A stretch of 64,000 bases of DNA from Eledone cirrhosa (GCA_964016885.1 OZ024742.1:171368001-171432000); one strand, 5' to 3'; shown: positions 1-12,606, numbered from the stretch's first letter. Translations and numbers: made by a program. The notes: generated from the sequence alone by a model not told the origin.

Positions 1-1087
1 AATCAATAAATAGGAGTTCGATGATGTACTCGAGAATCAAATATATGGTGCCATTCTAATGGAATGGTCTCAGCCCGCAGAGGCTTACGATTTCTCTTGG
101 GCAGAACATTGATTTTTACTTTAAAAAAAAATGGAGTGGACCTCCGTCGCTTTCGACGATGTTTGTTCCAGTTTTCGATGAACAAAATTAACATGTCAAT
201 AACTGACCCACCCGCCAAACATATATTAGAAATGTATTTGTATGAATAAATCAATATGAATCCGGACGTGGTCATTTCACCCGATGACTAAGCCTTGTGT
301 GGTAAAATGGCTGATGTAGGAGGTATCGCTGGCTGTTCTTCCCTGGCAACGATTTTACCATCTTATCCGCAAGGTGCAACTGAAATATATGCACCTCAGC
401 CAGGAGTGTAGAGTTTGTCTCGGCCTTTCCTTATTTCTTGTCTTCTTTCATAATAATTTTAAAAATATATGTTGAAAATTTGAATATGTTTTATTAGATT
501 TCTCTAGCTGAAATGGATAAACAAAAATTAACTTTTCTAATAAACGTTTCAATTCACTGTAAGTTTGACCCTATTCATCTTTTAAATAAATAAAATATCA
601 TTTTTATAGTAGAAATCATTTTTACAGTATATATCGGTATGAACCATTCTTTGAATTTTCCCCAATGTTCGTATTTTCTCATATAGATTATAATTTTACA
701 CATTTTCAGTTTTCTGAATTAGATATAACGTTTCTTCATTAGAGTGAAAATAATTCTTGCTTAAGAATTGTTTTGCATGAATTCAGGTACCATGCTGTGC
801 AACTCCTGGAATTTCTCACTGATTCCCACTCACCTTATTTCTATTCCATTCATGCTTTTATACACATTTGTTTTGTTTTGTTTTCTGTTATTTTTATGGT
901 GTTAATTTTAGATTATTGAGTTATAAGTAAAACCACAATGAAGTTCCGTTCTGAGACAAAACATGAAACTTTCATTGTCCTCATTCACACCTTCCGATAA
1001 TGATAGCATAGGCTTCCTGTTTTGTTTCGTATAAAGGGTTGTATGTTGTCTACACACAACTACACACTCACACCCACGAGCGCATAA

Positions 1088-1126
<39 letters not shown>

Positions 1127-1140
1127 ATATGTATCTATAG

Positions 1141-3146
1141 GGGAAGCCCAAACGTGTGTAATCCCGACCAGGTCCATACACGACAACCTCCACATCATGC
1201 GATACATCATAGATAGGGTAGGGTGTAAACCTGGCTTTGGTGGGGCTCTGATCAATTTAGATCAGTCTAAGGCATTGATAGGATCTACCATCAATACTTG
1301 GAAGCAGTTCTCAAGGCGGCCGGCTTCGGTCCCGTCTTCAGAGGCTGGATCGCTGCCATGCACACCAGCATCTGCTCGGCAGTCAAGGTGAATGGCTACC
1401 TATCAGAGCCATTCCAAATCATGCGTTCCATCCGTCAGGGAAGCCCTCTCTCCTCCATTCTGTATGTACTGACTCTCGAGCCGTTACTGCGGAAATTGGA
1501 GCTTTTGCAGGGAATCCCGATCGAACCAGGACTGCGGAAAGCAGCGTCAGCCGATGCCGACGACATAACCGTAATGGTGTCGAAAACCTCGGAAATCAGG
1601 GTAATCGGCAACCTATTACAGGAATACGAAACATTGACAGGAGCAAGACTAAACCCAAACAAGTCTGTCGGTTTGCAACTCGGCGGCACATGGAGAGACA
1701 AACCCATGCCTTCCAACAGTGTTGTTGGACGCTGGACGGAAGGACCGGTGAAATTGCTCGAGGTCTGGTTCGGTCTAGACCTCCAGGTGGACAAGAACGG
1801 CGAAGGTGTTTGCACTCACCCAGAAGTGGGCTGAGTGCAAACCCTCCTTGAAAGGTCGAGCGGAGGTGGCGAACACTTAATTAGCGTCCGTCATCTACTA
1901 CCGCTTGACAGTCGTGCCTTGCCCCTGCGAATACCTACCCTGCGAATGCCTACTCTTCAAGTTCCTCTGCAAGAAACAGGCTCCATTGGTGAGGAGATCC
2001 ATCTGCTGTCAACACCCTTATAACGGAGGGCTGGGCATGCCGTGGCTGATGATGCGCAAACATGCGCTGAGGCTACGCCATCTCCAGGTATTCCTGACCG
2101 GTGAACCGGTGTGGCTGTCGTTTGTGAGACAAGCTCTTTCACAACTCGTCTCATTAACAGAGCTGCAGTCCTGGGTCAAGAGAAGACCGAAAGTGGGTGC
2201 CTGGCACCTCGAGTGCCTACAGGCGCTCACAGCTCTCTACCAAGCGGAAACGGCAATCAGCGGAGACTCCACTTCGACATTCTATAGGGGATTAGTGGGG
2301 GATAAGTGCGACGACGTCCATGGGGAAACTCTAGGATATCGAGGAGGACGAACTGACCAGTCTGTTCGGGAGAACTTTCCGCCCAGGGCCTATGGATAAC
2401 TTCAAGAGGAGCTCTACTAGTTCGAGACAAAATCTACAGGCACGGGCGCCCTGGCAGAGATCCTGCCAAAAGGACCTTTCCAAGATGCGAGCAGGACATC
2501 GAAACCGTTCTGCACGTAATTGTTCAGTGGCCAGGGGTGACTGACCTGTGGAATTATATCGAACAGCTGCTGTCACGTGTGGGACGCATCCAGTTGTCAG
2601 CCGAGTCCATCGTGAGGATAACCCCGCCGCCTTCATTTAAGAACGAAGGAGAGGCGGTTTTCCTCTGCCTGGTGGCTATGGCGAAAGAGGTAATATGGTG
2701 GACGATGTTAAAAGGACTGAGGGCAAACACCTCTCTCTCCGGACAACAACTTATCCCCTTCTTTAAGTATCACTTCAGAAGGAAGGTGGGAGTGGAGAGA
2801 GAGGTGCTACACCCCAGTAAATTCGCTGAAAGGTGGGTGAATGTGGCAGAAATGGCCCGAGTGAATGGGCCTTCTCTGTATATAAACCTGTAGGTTGAGG
2901 AAGATAAACAGAGGGAAGACGGGAACACCTACAAAACGTGTTCCTGGTGTTGAGGGCTGTTCTATCCACGAGGTGTAAAACAACCCTGCAGTAACGTTCC
3001 CCCTACTGGGGATTTCATTTGTTATTTTATTATATATAGTTTATTGTTATTTATTAATGTTAAAGTTATATGATTTTTATGTAAAACACCCGCCGCCAAG
3101 TCTTGTAATGTCCCATTTTTGTACGCCCCTGTGGCAAATAAAGAAA
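1141..3146 (+). mobile_element. 5'-truncated, frameshifted Tx1/L1-clade non-LTR retrotransposon (RT, C-terminal zinc knuckle, 3' UTR)
   Basis: ORF pieces 1197-2893 give RT motifs (HDNLHIMRY, LINLDQSKA, GFGPVFRGWI, SIRQGSPLS, ADADDITV as decayed YADD, GGLGMP) and a PRC..ETVLH knuckle. Ends in CCCCTGTGGCAAATAAAGAA followed by (TATC)n and is preceded by (TATC)n. Confidence 0.88.
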
Positions 3147-3170
3147 GATATCTATATATCTATCTATCCA

Positions 3171-3315
3171 TTTGTAACGCCTCCCCCCTATTGGGGATTT
3201 CGATTGTTAAATTTGTTTGTTTTAATAATATTTTTACACGATCGTATGTAAAATCCCCGGCATGTGTCTTTGTATAGTCCCCTTTTACTGTGCGCCCTTG
3301 TGGCAAATAAAGAAA
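3171..3315 (+). mobile_element. 3' UTR-only copy of the same Tx1-like family
   Basis: Matches 2990-3146 (CCCCTATTGGGGATTTC ... TGTGGCAAATAAAGAAA); flanked by (TATC)n. Confidence 0.75.
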
Positions 3316-3408
3316 TATATCTATATATCTATCTATCGAGCTAGCTAGCTACCTAGCTATTTATCCATCCATCTATCTATCTATCTATCTATCTATTTAT
3401 CTATCTAT

Positions 3409-3911
3409 CCCCTCCTTCAAAAACGAAGGAGAGGCGGTTTTCCTTTGTGTGATAGCTATGGCGAAAGAGGTTGTATGGTGGACAAGGTTGAAAGGGCTGA
3501 GGTCAGACACCTTTCTCTCCAGCCAACAACTGATTTTTTTTTTCAAATACCACTTTGGAAGAAGAATCAGGATGGAGAGAGAGGTGCTGTACCCCAGCAA
3601 GTTTTATGAAAGGTGGGTGAAAGTGGCGAGAATGGCCCGAGTGAATGGGCCTTCTCTCTATATCAGCCTGTAGGTTGAGGAAAAGGAGGAGGAAAGGAAA
3701 GGAGTACAAGCTCTTCGTACTCCTAGAGATGAGGGTTGCACATTTTTTTTTCGGGGGTATGTGTTACCCATATAAACTGTCTCCCTCTATTGGGGAAAAT
3801 CGACTAACTTTTAAATTCCATCTGTGATAACATTTTACACGTTTTTATTGTATGTAAACTTCCCCCTTTGTATTTGTCCCCTTCTTTTGTGCCCCTGTGG
3901 CTAATAAAGAA
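3409..3911 (+). mobile_element. Tx1-like 3' fragment (ORF C-terminus and UTR)
   Basis: ORF 3449-3673 AMAKEVVWWTRLKGLR...VNGPSLYISL is paralogous to 2537-2893; ends TGTGGCTAATAAAGAAA then (TATC). Confidence 0.85.
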
Positions 3912-3928
3912 ATATATCTATCTATCTA

Positions 3929-4293
3929 GGATGGAGAGAGAGGTGCTCCACCCCAGTCGTTTTCATGAAAGATGGGTGAAAGTGGCGAGAATGGCCCGTG
4001 TGAATGGGCCTTCTCTTTACATAAGCCTGTAGGTGGAAAAGAGGAAGGAACGAGGGAGCACCCCCTCTCTGTGCTCCTGAGGAGAAGGGTTGCACATTTT
4101 TTTCGGGGGTGTGTGCGACCCCCCAAGGCGCCTCCTCTCTATTGAGGATTTTGTTATACATTTTATTTTTTGTTATATTTTATTTTATTTTTATATTTTG
4201 TTATTGCCTCCTCCTTATTGAGGACGCCTTGTTTTGTAAACTCCCCCCATTGTACTTGTCCCACTTTTGATGCCCTGGTGGCAAATAAAAGAA
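3929..4293 (+). mobile_element. Tx1-like 3' fragment
   Basis: GGATGGAGAGAGAGGTGCT...GAATGGGCCTTCTCT matches copies 1 and 3; ends GGTGGCAAATAAAAGAAA followed by (TATC)n. Confidence 0.85.
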
Positions 4294-5360
4294 ACATAAC
4301 TATCTATCTATCTATTTGTCTATCCGTCAGTCTACCTATCTGGCTGTCTATTTGTCTGTATGTATATCTGCTTGCTTACATATCTACCTATATCTACGGC
4401 CAGAATATTTTGAGGAAGATCAAAGTGAATTAAATCAACTCCAATGGAGATGTATTTTGGATTATCGAGCTCGGAATGATGAAAAGCAAAGTTGACAATG
4501 GCGGGATTTGGACTCAGAATGTAAGAGCTAGAATCAATACAGCAATAGCATAACATTCAAAGCTTCATCATGCTCAAAAGGGGTAATATATTAAGAATGA
4601 ATCTATGGTGAGGGATCTGCAGTGTCGGTAGAGCATCAGACAAATGATTAAAAATATTTGTTCCTGTTCTTTACAATATAGGTTCAAATTCGACCTAGGT
4701 CAAACATTATTATTTTCTGAAATTACCAGTTAAGTTCTAGTGTCGATTTAATCGTATTTCTTCTCCTCGAAATGACTAGCCTTATGCTTAAAGTATAAAA
4801 CATTAAAAATGACATTGTTGTGATACTGTAAATAGATTCTTTGATATTGATTTACATGGACAAAACGAAGGCGTAACATTAAACAAGAACATAAGATCTT
4901 ATCTTGAAATAACTTTGTTGTAGTATAAATTGACAGATAGGAGCACAGCTGCCATCACTCTTCTTACATACAAACATATACATACATATATATACATGCA
5001 TACATACACAAATACATATATACATAGTGACATACTTACATACATACATGTATACATACATGTATATATATATATATATCTCTCTCTATATATATATACG
5101 AATGTATAAATTTACAACGCATATTTTGGAATGTACTTGTAGTTGTGTCTATGGTTTCTATATTAAATTCCAAAATAAATAAAATTATAATCGATGATTT
5201 ATTGATATAATGATATCAGTAGGTGAGGAAAAACATAATTTAACACAGTAAACAATTGATGAAAAATCTAGACTTAGTCAGTTTGACCGTCTGTCACACG
5301 AAAATACACTCTCAATATTGTAAAAAAAAATTGATATAGAATATATAAAAGACCCCCTCC

Positions 5361-5420
<60 letters not shown>

Positions 5421-5647
5421 AATACAATAGTTAGGGCCCCACGGCTGAGCTGTTGCCGTTTCAACAGGATATTCTAATTCAGTCTGGAATTTATTGTCGA
5501 AACATCGAACCTAACTCTCTACTATATTTACACTCCACTAACTCAAATATCAAGGACACAGCTGACCAAATGTCTCCCTAGTATAACCTGGTAAAATTAT
5601 ATATATATATAAATATATACATATATATATATATACATACATATATA

Positions 5648-5850
5648 GGCAGTCCAACGACCCTTCGTCAAATCGGACCGAGGAAACAATGTTTCCATCG
5701 GTCTTTCCAATTGTTAATACTATCTATCGGTCGCAACTCCAGGTAGAAGGAACAAGGTGAAATAAAGTGTCTTACTCAACGCATCGCCCGGTCCAGGAAT
5801 CGAACTCACAACCTCACAATTGGGAATCCAATACTCTAACCACTCAGCCA
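5648..5850 (-). mobile_element. tRNA-derived SINE
   Basis: Minus strand reads TGGCTGAGTGGTTAGAG (A box) ... GAGTTCGATTCC (B box) ... GAGTAAGACACTTTATTT. Its tail is also present at about 13775-13865. Confidence 0.65.
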
Positions 5851-5988
5851 AAGAAAGTGAAGTAAGAAACCAGGTGGACCATAACGCACCAGAGTACTCG
5901 ATACTAAAGGTAGTATACTGGTGGGTTAGTTCGGATCTAGCTATCGAAACGACCGGAGCTCAGCCGTCGGGGTCCTGACTCTTTACTT
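5851..5988 (-). mobile_element. Family A short repeat (PLE-terminus-like, half-hammerhead) in (TA)n
   Basis: Shares GACCCCGACGGCTGAGCTC and the tail GAGTACTCTGGTGCGTTATGGTCCA with copies at 12941, 19260, 30049, 32222, 44729 and 57628. A degraded copy lies at about 5424-5590. Confidence 0.7.
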
Positions 5989-6180
5989 ATATATATATAT
6001 ATATATATATAGTGAAAAATGGAACGGGAACAAAACAGAGAGGCAGTACGAACAAAGGTTTATTAGTTTCACGCTCTTGAGAGTGGGGGGGGGGGGATAT
6101 ATATATATATATATATTTAATATAGAAATACCTTGTAGAGGAGTAGAACTGAACTGTTTCATTCGAAGGAAATAATCAGG

Positions 6181-6230
<50 letters not shown>

Positions 6231-6244
6231 CACCAGGATATATA

Positions 6245-6617
6245 TATATATATATATATGTGTTGCAGGCCCCTGCATGTGGATTTTGTCGATTTCTGAT
6301 TTACGGAAACCTAGCGGATATATTATATATTAAATATTATATGTGATTATATTATATGTTATATATTATGTTATATGTTGTGTATGGTATCAACGCGATG
6401 GTCCAGGTTTGTCATATTTTCCTCAGTTCGGTTTTTTTCGTCGCTTTTTATCACTGAGGCTCGCCTATCGGTAGCTGTCTTCAATTTGCAAAGCTGTCTA
6501 AACGTAATGTTATAACTCTAAGGTAATATACCTTATTGAGTGCTTAGCTGCACACCCCGATTGCGATTGCATACGTTATCTTGGCTGCAACCAGAGCTTC
6601 GATTATGCTGTACTAAA
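6245..6617 (-). mobile_element. Degraded repeat, probable PLE 3' end (family shared with 39631-39810 and 58800-59268)
   Basis: AAGCTGTCTAAAC..TAACTCTAAGG..CTTATTGAG is shared among the three loci. Confidence 0.5.
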
Positions 6618-6651
6618 TTTTATATATATATATATTATAGAAATCACCAGG

Positions 6652-6703
<52 letters not shown>

Positions 6704-7078
6704 TTTTTTTTTCTCTCTCTCGTCTACGATTTCACAGAACTTATGTTTACCGAATTCACAGACTAGATTCATTCTTCCTCCCGTTAGACCTGTACGGAAT
6801 TCCTTCCTTGCTCACATTCCAACCAGGTTTGAAGGTCTTTATTCTCTCTCGTTCACGATTTGACCGAACTTATATTCATGGAAATTTTGGACTTGACTCC
6901 TTCTTCCTCACTTTTCGTTGCTTCACCATCTTTGTTTGTTTATACTCTCGTGTCCCCTTTATTTACGTGTCCCAACGACTTTTTTTAACCGTTGCTCGCA
7001 CCAACCGGAGGTATATGGTCTTTAAAGCGATGAAATACCAATGATGGTTGGAAGATCACTGATGAAGGACTAACTTTA

Positions 7079-7114
<36 letters not shown>

Positions 7115-7249
7115 TGACTGTAGTGTGACCCTTACGATGACTTTCTTCTTTCTTTCTTCCTTTCTTTATTCTCTGACGGATATGTGGTAGTACATCATAA
7201 GCCTTCGCCCCATCACCAGATGATCATTAGTAGACCGAGTTCCCATCAC

Positions 7250-7603
7250 TTGAGGGCGACTGACCGAGGTGAAAGCAGTTAGTTGGTCAGTCATCCTTTC
7301 TGTCTCTGATTTTCGGACCCATGGATTTTATATATTCCTTTGTTATATTTCGAATACCTGATGATATCACCGGATTCATACGGAACCCGGTCATAGAAAT
7401 GATCATAATATAATAAACTTTTCAAGCATTTACACCAGTCCAGCCTCCTGTTATTTTATTTATAATAATTAATTCCGTATTAGCACCACCAACTACACAA
7501 ACGAAGACGGGTGAACTGCACTACGTTGAGTACTCTCCATAATATTACACCAAGATTGACCATACGGAATGACCAATTCTATCCAGTGGTGAACAAACAA
7601 ACC

Positions 7604-7606
<3 letters not shown>
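7250..7606 (+). mobile_element. Family C hammerhead-bearing short element (PLE pLTR-like)
   Basis: About 300 bp shared with 32400-32757 and partly with 42316-42465; ends at (TA)n. Confidence 0.75.
7354..7411 (+). ncRNA. Type I hammerhead ribozyme (family C)
   Basis: atac-CTGATGA-[tatcaccgg/ccggtcata stem II]-GAAA-tgatca (palindromic stem III)-TA. The stem I closing pair is mutated in this copy. Confidence 0.6.
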
Positions 7607-7641
<35 letters not shown>

Positions 7642-7684
7642 CATATATATGTATTTATATATATATATATTTATATATATATAA

Positions 7685-7724
<40 letters not shown>

Positions 7725-8108
7725 TGCGTGCATTTGTGTGTGTTTGTGTGCGTGTGCTGATGGTGCTGTCTCTCGAATGCTTCCATGTATATCAGGAATG
7801 AACAATCTTTGTCAACAGTGTCTTCTGCCTCTCTGATTATTACTTTCTCTCTCTCACTCTCTCACTCTCCCTAACTCTGTCACACCGAACCACCTTGAAG
7901 ATCCGTTGAAAGTACGCACGTCTGTGGAATGCTCAGCCGCTTGCACTAACTAGCATGTTGTTCCTTTGATCACACATCTGGAACAAACGTCGTTGGAAAC
8001 AACAGAGCTCCAACCTGAAGTTTAACAATAGCAACGACAAGATTAAATCACTGACGATTAGTGTAGCTTAGCATGAAGCTTTTGAAGCTAACACACGCAC
8101 CCCTTTAT

Positions 8109-8191
<83 letters not shown>

Positions 8192-8193
8192 CG

Positions 8194-8246
<53 letters not shown>

Positions 8247-8276
8247 AGATCAAAAGATGGTTAAATGAGTTCCATG

Positions 8277-8347
8277 TATTTTATTATACGCATTTCAAAA
8301 ACAAATATCATCATGCAATAACATTTGTGTTTTCATCAGATAAAATA
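8277..8347 (-). ncRNA. Type I hammerhead ribozyme
   Basis: Minus strand: tattttat-CTGATGA-aaacacaaatgt...atatttgttttt-GAAA-tgcgta-TA-ataaaata. Perfect 8-bp stem I, long stem II, near-palindromic stem III. Confidence 0.8.
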
Positions 8348-8491
8348 GGAGGACATGATATGAAGGCTAAAAAACACTTGTGGATAGTGCAGTTTTAAAT
8401 CAACATATGTATACTCCAGTCCTACAAACTGTAGACTGCTTCTTATCCGATATCTGCATTGCTTTATTGTACTACAATAAAACTCACCTCC

Positions 8492-8578
<87 letters not shown>

Positions 8579-8867
8579 TATATTTCGTTTCTGAATTTGT
8601 TTAACAATATTCTTTATCTGAAATCGTGTGTTGAAACCGATATAGGTCATATGTGTCTAGGTAACTATTACTATAGGTAAGCTTAAGTAGGAGTCCCAGC
8701 TCACTGGTATCAATCCCACGGAACTCAACCTTGCTCTCACTGATCATTTCTACGCATTTCTCCACAGCAAAATCCACGTCAATAGATGGATACAGGGACA
8801 CAACATCCATACCGACTATTATGCAGTTTGTTAGGTCCCCAGATCGGTTACTCACGCCGATTCTGCT

Positions 8868-10710
8868 GGACCACCAACACGGCCAGTCTGTGGAGCTAAC
8901 ATTGCTAGTAACTACAGACTGTCCTACTTCCTCTCCCTGATCATACGCCCCATCATTGAAATGTCCCCAGATGTAAGTGACAGCACGGAGGACCTCCTCA
9001 GCAGAATCGGCGTGAGTAACCGATCTGGGGACCTAACAAACTGCATAATAGGCAGTATGGATGTTGTGTCCCTGTATCCATCTATTGACGTGGATTTTGC
9101 TGTGGAGAAATGCGTAGAAATGATCAGTGAGAGCAAGGTTGAGTTCCGTGGGATTGATACCAGTGAGCTGGGACTCCTACTTAAGCTTACCTATAGTAAT
9201 AGTTACCTAGACACTTATGACCTTAGCAACCTGTGCCCTACAAGACCAGCAAGAGGCAGACCATCTACCATTACCTCAATGGCCAAGAAAACCCACACAG
9301 ATAGATGGAACGGGTGGACCAGAGCCATACGGACACCCGAAAACCACGATGAACTGAAGAAAATGATTGCACATGCGGTAGGGGCCAGCATAAAACTAAC
9401 CCTTAAGGAACATATGTTCAAATTTAATGGAAAAACATATGCCCAAGAGGAAGGAGCAGCCATTGGTGTTAGCATTGCAGGCGACATAGCTAACTTATTC
9501 ATGGTATGGTGGGACAGTAGACTTAAACTTAAACTTAAAGAACAATTAGAAGACCCCTTAACCCTGATAATGTACTCCCGCTACGTAGATGATATAAACA
9601 TCGTAGTTAAGACACCCCCACTAGAGAACAGTCAGGAACTAGAGAAAAAACAATGGGAAGCATCCAGCAAATAGCAAACTCCATCCACCAGAGCATTAGA
9701 GTTACTATAGACTACCCAAGTAAACACCCCAACCATCGATTACCTGTACTAGACACAGAGCTCTGGTTAGATACCATTAACAACAAAAACAAAACCTCCA
9801 TTCCCATTATGCCAAACCCATGACTTCCAAACATCTGATCCACCGAAACTCGGCCATTTCGGACCATACCAAAATCAACATACTGATTGCGGATTTGGTA
9901 CGGGTGATGAGAAATGTGTCCCGCATGTGCAACCCAAGAGAACTAGAGAGACACATACAACACTTCATCCACCGTATGCAGTTCTCTGGCTACAATCAGA
10001 GAGATAGAATCAGAGTGTATAGAGGAGCCAGAACCAAATGGGAAAAAATGGTAAATAATGACATAAATGGGACCTGCCCCTTGTATAGGAGCAACTTTTG
10101 GAATAGAATAGAAAGAACTAGGAACAAGGCTAATAGAATAAACTCATGGTATGATAGCAATAAATACCAGAGTGTAATGTTCATCGATACAACCCCTAGA
10201 GGTGAACTAGCTTACAAATTTAGAAGGGCCCTAAATAAACATAAACTCAATATTAAGATAGTAGAAAGACCAGGTACCTCCGTAAAAACACTTATTAGCA
10301 AGACATACCCTTTTCAAAGACCCTCATGTATAGATAAGAAATGTGTAACCTGTAAAATAAGCCCCCATATTAACTGTAAAACTAGAAATGTAGTGTATAG
10401 CATAAGATGTACTGAAGGACAATGTAGAGACAAAAATATAGTGTACATAGGTGAGACAGCTCGTAGTGTAGGGGAACGGATAAATGAACACTGGCGAGAC
10501 CTTCAAGATAATAAAAAATCATCTGTACTCTACCAACATGCTAAGATAGAACACACGGGTAAATTAGAGAACATAGAAATAAAAATAGAATCTACACACA
10601 CAAAAGACGCAATGTTTAGACAAATTACAGAGGCAATAAACATAAAAGAATTACAACCAAAATTAAGTAGAAGATATGAGTGGGACAGCAACATCACAAC
10701 TTACAATTAA
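8868..10710 (+). pseudogene. PLE reverse transcriptase-GIY-YIG endonuclease, with two frameshifts near 9650 and 9795
   Basis: RT motifs GPPTRPVCG, SMDVVSLYPSI, QEEGAAIG, YSRYVDD, LPVLD. EN motifs CxxxxCxxC..CKTRNVVYSIRC..YIGETARSVGERINEH..LYQH..RQITEAINI. Confidence 0.9.
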
Positions 10711-10910
10711 GGACAAAATGAAAACACACACACACATAGAACAAACAACCAACCAGTAACATGTAAATAAACAAATAGATAAATGAACATAAACACACAC
10801 AGACACCCGGATGTGGCGCATGCGCAGACTGAGCACACAACACACACACATAAACAAAATGGCGTAGGACAGAACAAACTAGAGGCACAGAAACAAAGAA
10901 AGGAATCCCC

Positions 10911-10955
10911 AGTCACTGAAGAGGTCACAGAGTGTGTGACGAAAGAACTATGACT
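10911..10955 (+). ncRNA. Minimal type I hammerhead ribozyme in the PLE pLTR (family D)
   Basis: agtca-CTGAAGA-g-gtcaca/tgtgac-GAAA-gaac-TA-tgact: 5-bp stem I, 6-bp stem II with one extra nucleotide, minimal stem III. Confidence 0.75.
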
Positions 10956-11387
10956 ATATATAAACAACTATCTGGTTGTGGAACCAACCAACCAACCAGA
11001 AATTTATAAATTTGTAAATTTATAAATATATAATAAATTGAAGTGAAAGCAACTGGTGCGTGTGTTTCTTATTGGCAACATGACCCTCCCAAAGTATAAC
11101 AATATATATATATAAATATATTGTTAATAACTCCCTCTGGTCGAGCAATCTTTGAAGTGTGGGGACAGCTGGAAAGCTTCCATTACTCATACTTCTCGCC
11201 TCCTTCACCACCTCTTCTACGGCCTCGATATAAATACCCCCTCCACCTCCGTGGTATTTTCTTCGGGGTTATAAGAGGCTTAGCTCTGTTTCTCGACCGT
11301 TATATCGCGTGACTATCTCCCCCTCCGCCTTTTGGGATTCTTTCTCACGTCGTGTAGACGCGTTCTTGAGACTAGTAAAATGAGGTA

Positions 11388-11477
11388 TCCTCTTGATAAG
11401 TCGGCAGACATCGCAAGGACTCTATATCTTTATGATATATTGTTTTTCTTTATGCCACGAAACTACGTAGTCGAGGA
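11388..11477 (+). ncRNA. Type I hammerhead ribozyme, U3-A8 core variant
   Basis: tcctc-TTGATAA-gt(c)ggca...tgccac-GAAA-ctacgtag-TC-gagga; predicted cleavage after C11472. Confidence 0.72.
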
Positions 11478-11982
11478 ATTTAGAAGCAGTTTAGGTATGA
11501 TACATTTTATTACTAATTATATCTAAATGTTTCTTCTCTCTTCATAATGTATTTTTAACTCTGATACTGGTTCAGTCTAGTTCAACTGAATTGGTCTGTC
11601 CCAGTCATTCATTGAGCAACATCGGTGAAGTTGGCACCCTTAACTCACAGTTGGGTGCGGATGCATTCATGTATATATGTGTGTGTCCGCATGTATCTGT
11701 GTGTTTCTAAATATATTGTTAATAACTCCCTCTGGTCGAGCAATCTTTGAAGTGTGGGGACAGCTGGAAAGGTTCCATTACTCATACTTCTCGCCTCCTT
11801 CACCGCCTCTTCTACGGCCTCGATATAAATACCCCCTCTGCCTCCGTGGTATTTTCTTCGGGGTTATAAGAGGCTTAGCTCTGTTTCTCGACCGTTATAT
11901 CGCGTGACTATCGCCCCCTCCGCCTTTTGGGATTCTTTCTCACGTTGTGTAGACGCGTTCTTGAGACTAGTAAAATGAGGTA

Positions 11983-12072
11983 TCCTCTTGATAAGTCGGC
12001 AGACCTCGCAAGGACTCTATATCTTTATGATATATTGTTTTTGTTTATGCCACGAAACTACGTAGTCGAGGA
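11983..12072 (+). ncRNA. Type I hammerhead ribozyme, U3-A8 core variant (second copy)
   Basis: Core and stems identical to 11388-11477; predicted cleavage after C12067. Confidence 0.72.
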
Positions 12073-12379
12073 ATTTAGAAGCAGTTTAGGTATGATACAT
12101 TTTATTACTAATTATATCTAAATGTTTCTTCTCTCTTCATAATGTATATATATATCTTGTCCTTGTCTGGCTTTCTGGAGAATAGAGGAAAGGTGTTTCC
12201 TCAAAAACCAGTATGACTCTAAAAACCGGTTTGTCTGTGTGTTTACATACAGAATAGCTGGCCACTCACAGTAAAGTGATCAGTGAGAAAAAAAATTGGT
12301 ACATCTACATATGTATACGTGTGTGTATTCATATACATACTAGTATTTCAGTATACATATATGGATGTACATCTTTGAC

Positions 12380-12427
<48 letters not shown>

Positions 12428-12606
12428 TCCAAGATTGAATGTGATTCTTACAAGTGGAGTTACCCCTAACCGTACGTTGAAACCGTCCATGAAACTGGCT
12501 GTCTTAACCACGAACTGCATTGCAATGAGCAATTTTCTGCTTCCCTAACTATATATATAAATATATATATATATATAATATATATATATTTATACATACA
12601 TATATT

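Larger units (their letters stand above)
8644..11100 (+). mobile_element. Penelope-like element, 5'-truncated, with an inverted 5' duplication and an HHR-containing 3' pLTR
   Basis: RT and GIY-YIG coding 8868-10710. 8644-8868 is the reverse complement of about 9000-9223. The 3' terminal region 10840-11100 recurs solo at 16063-16328. Confidence 0.92.
11113..12147 (+). mobile_element. Retrozyme-like non-coding element: two ~440-bp direct repeats (11113-11552, 11708-12147) around a 155-bp spacer, each carrying an HHR
   Basis: Repeats differ by only about 8 substitutions counted by eye, offset 595 nt. Duplicated junk ORFs 11121/11677 and 11332/11927 confirm the repeat. Flanked by (TA)n. Confidence 0.8.

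Noticed and set aside
1-420. Coding-like composition at the window start
   Set aside because: Only short ORFs with stops; no recognisable domain or splice structure.
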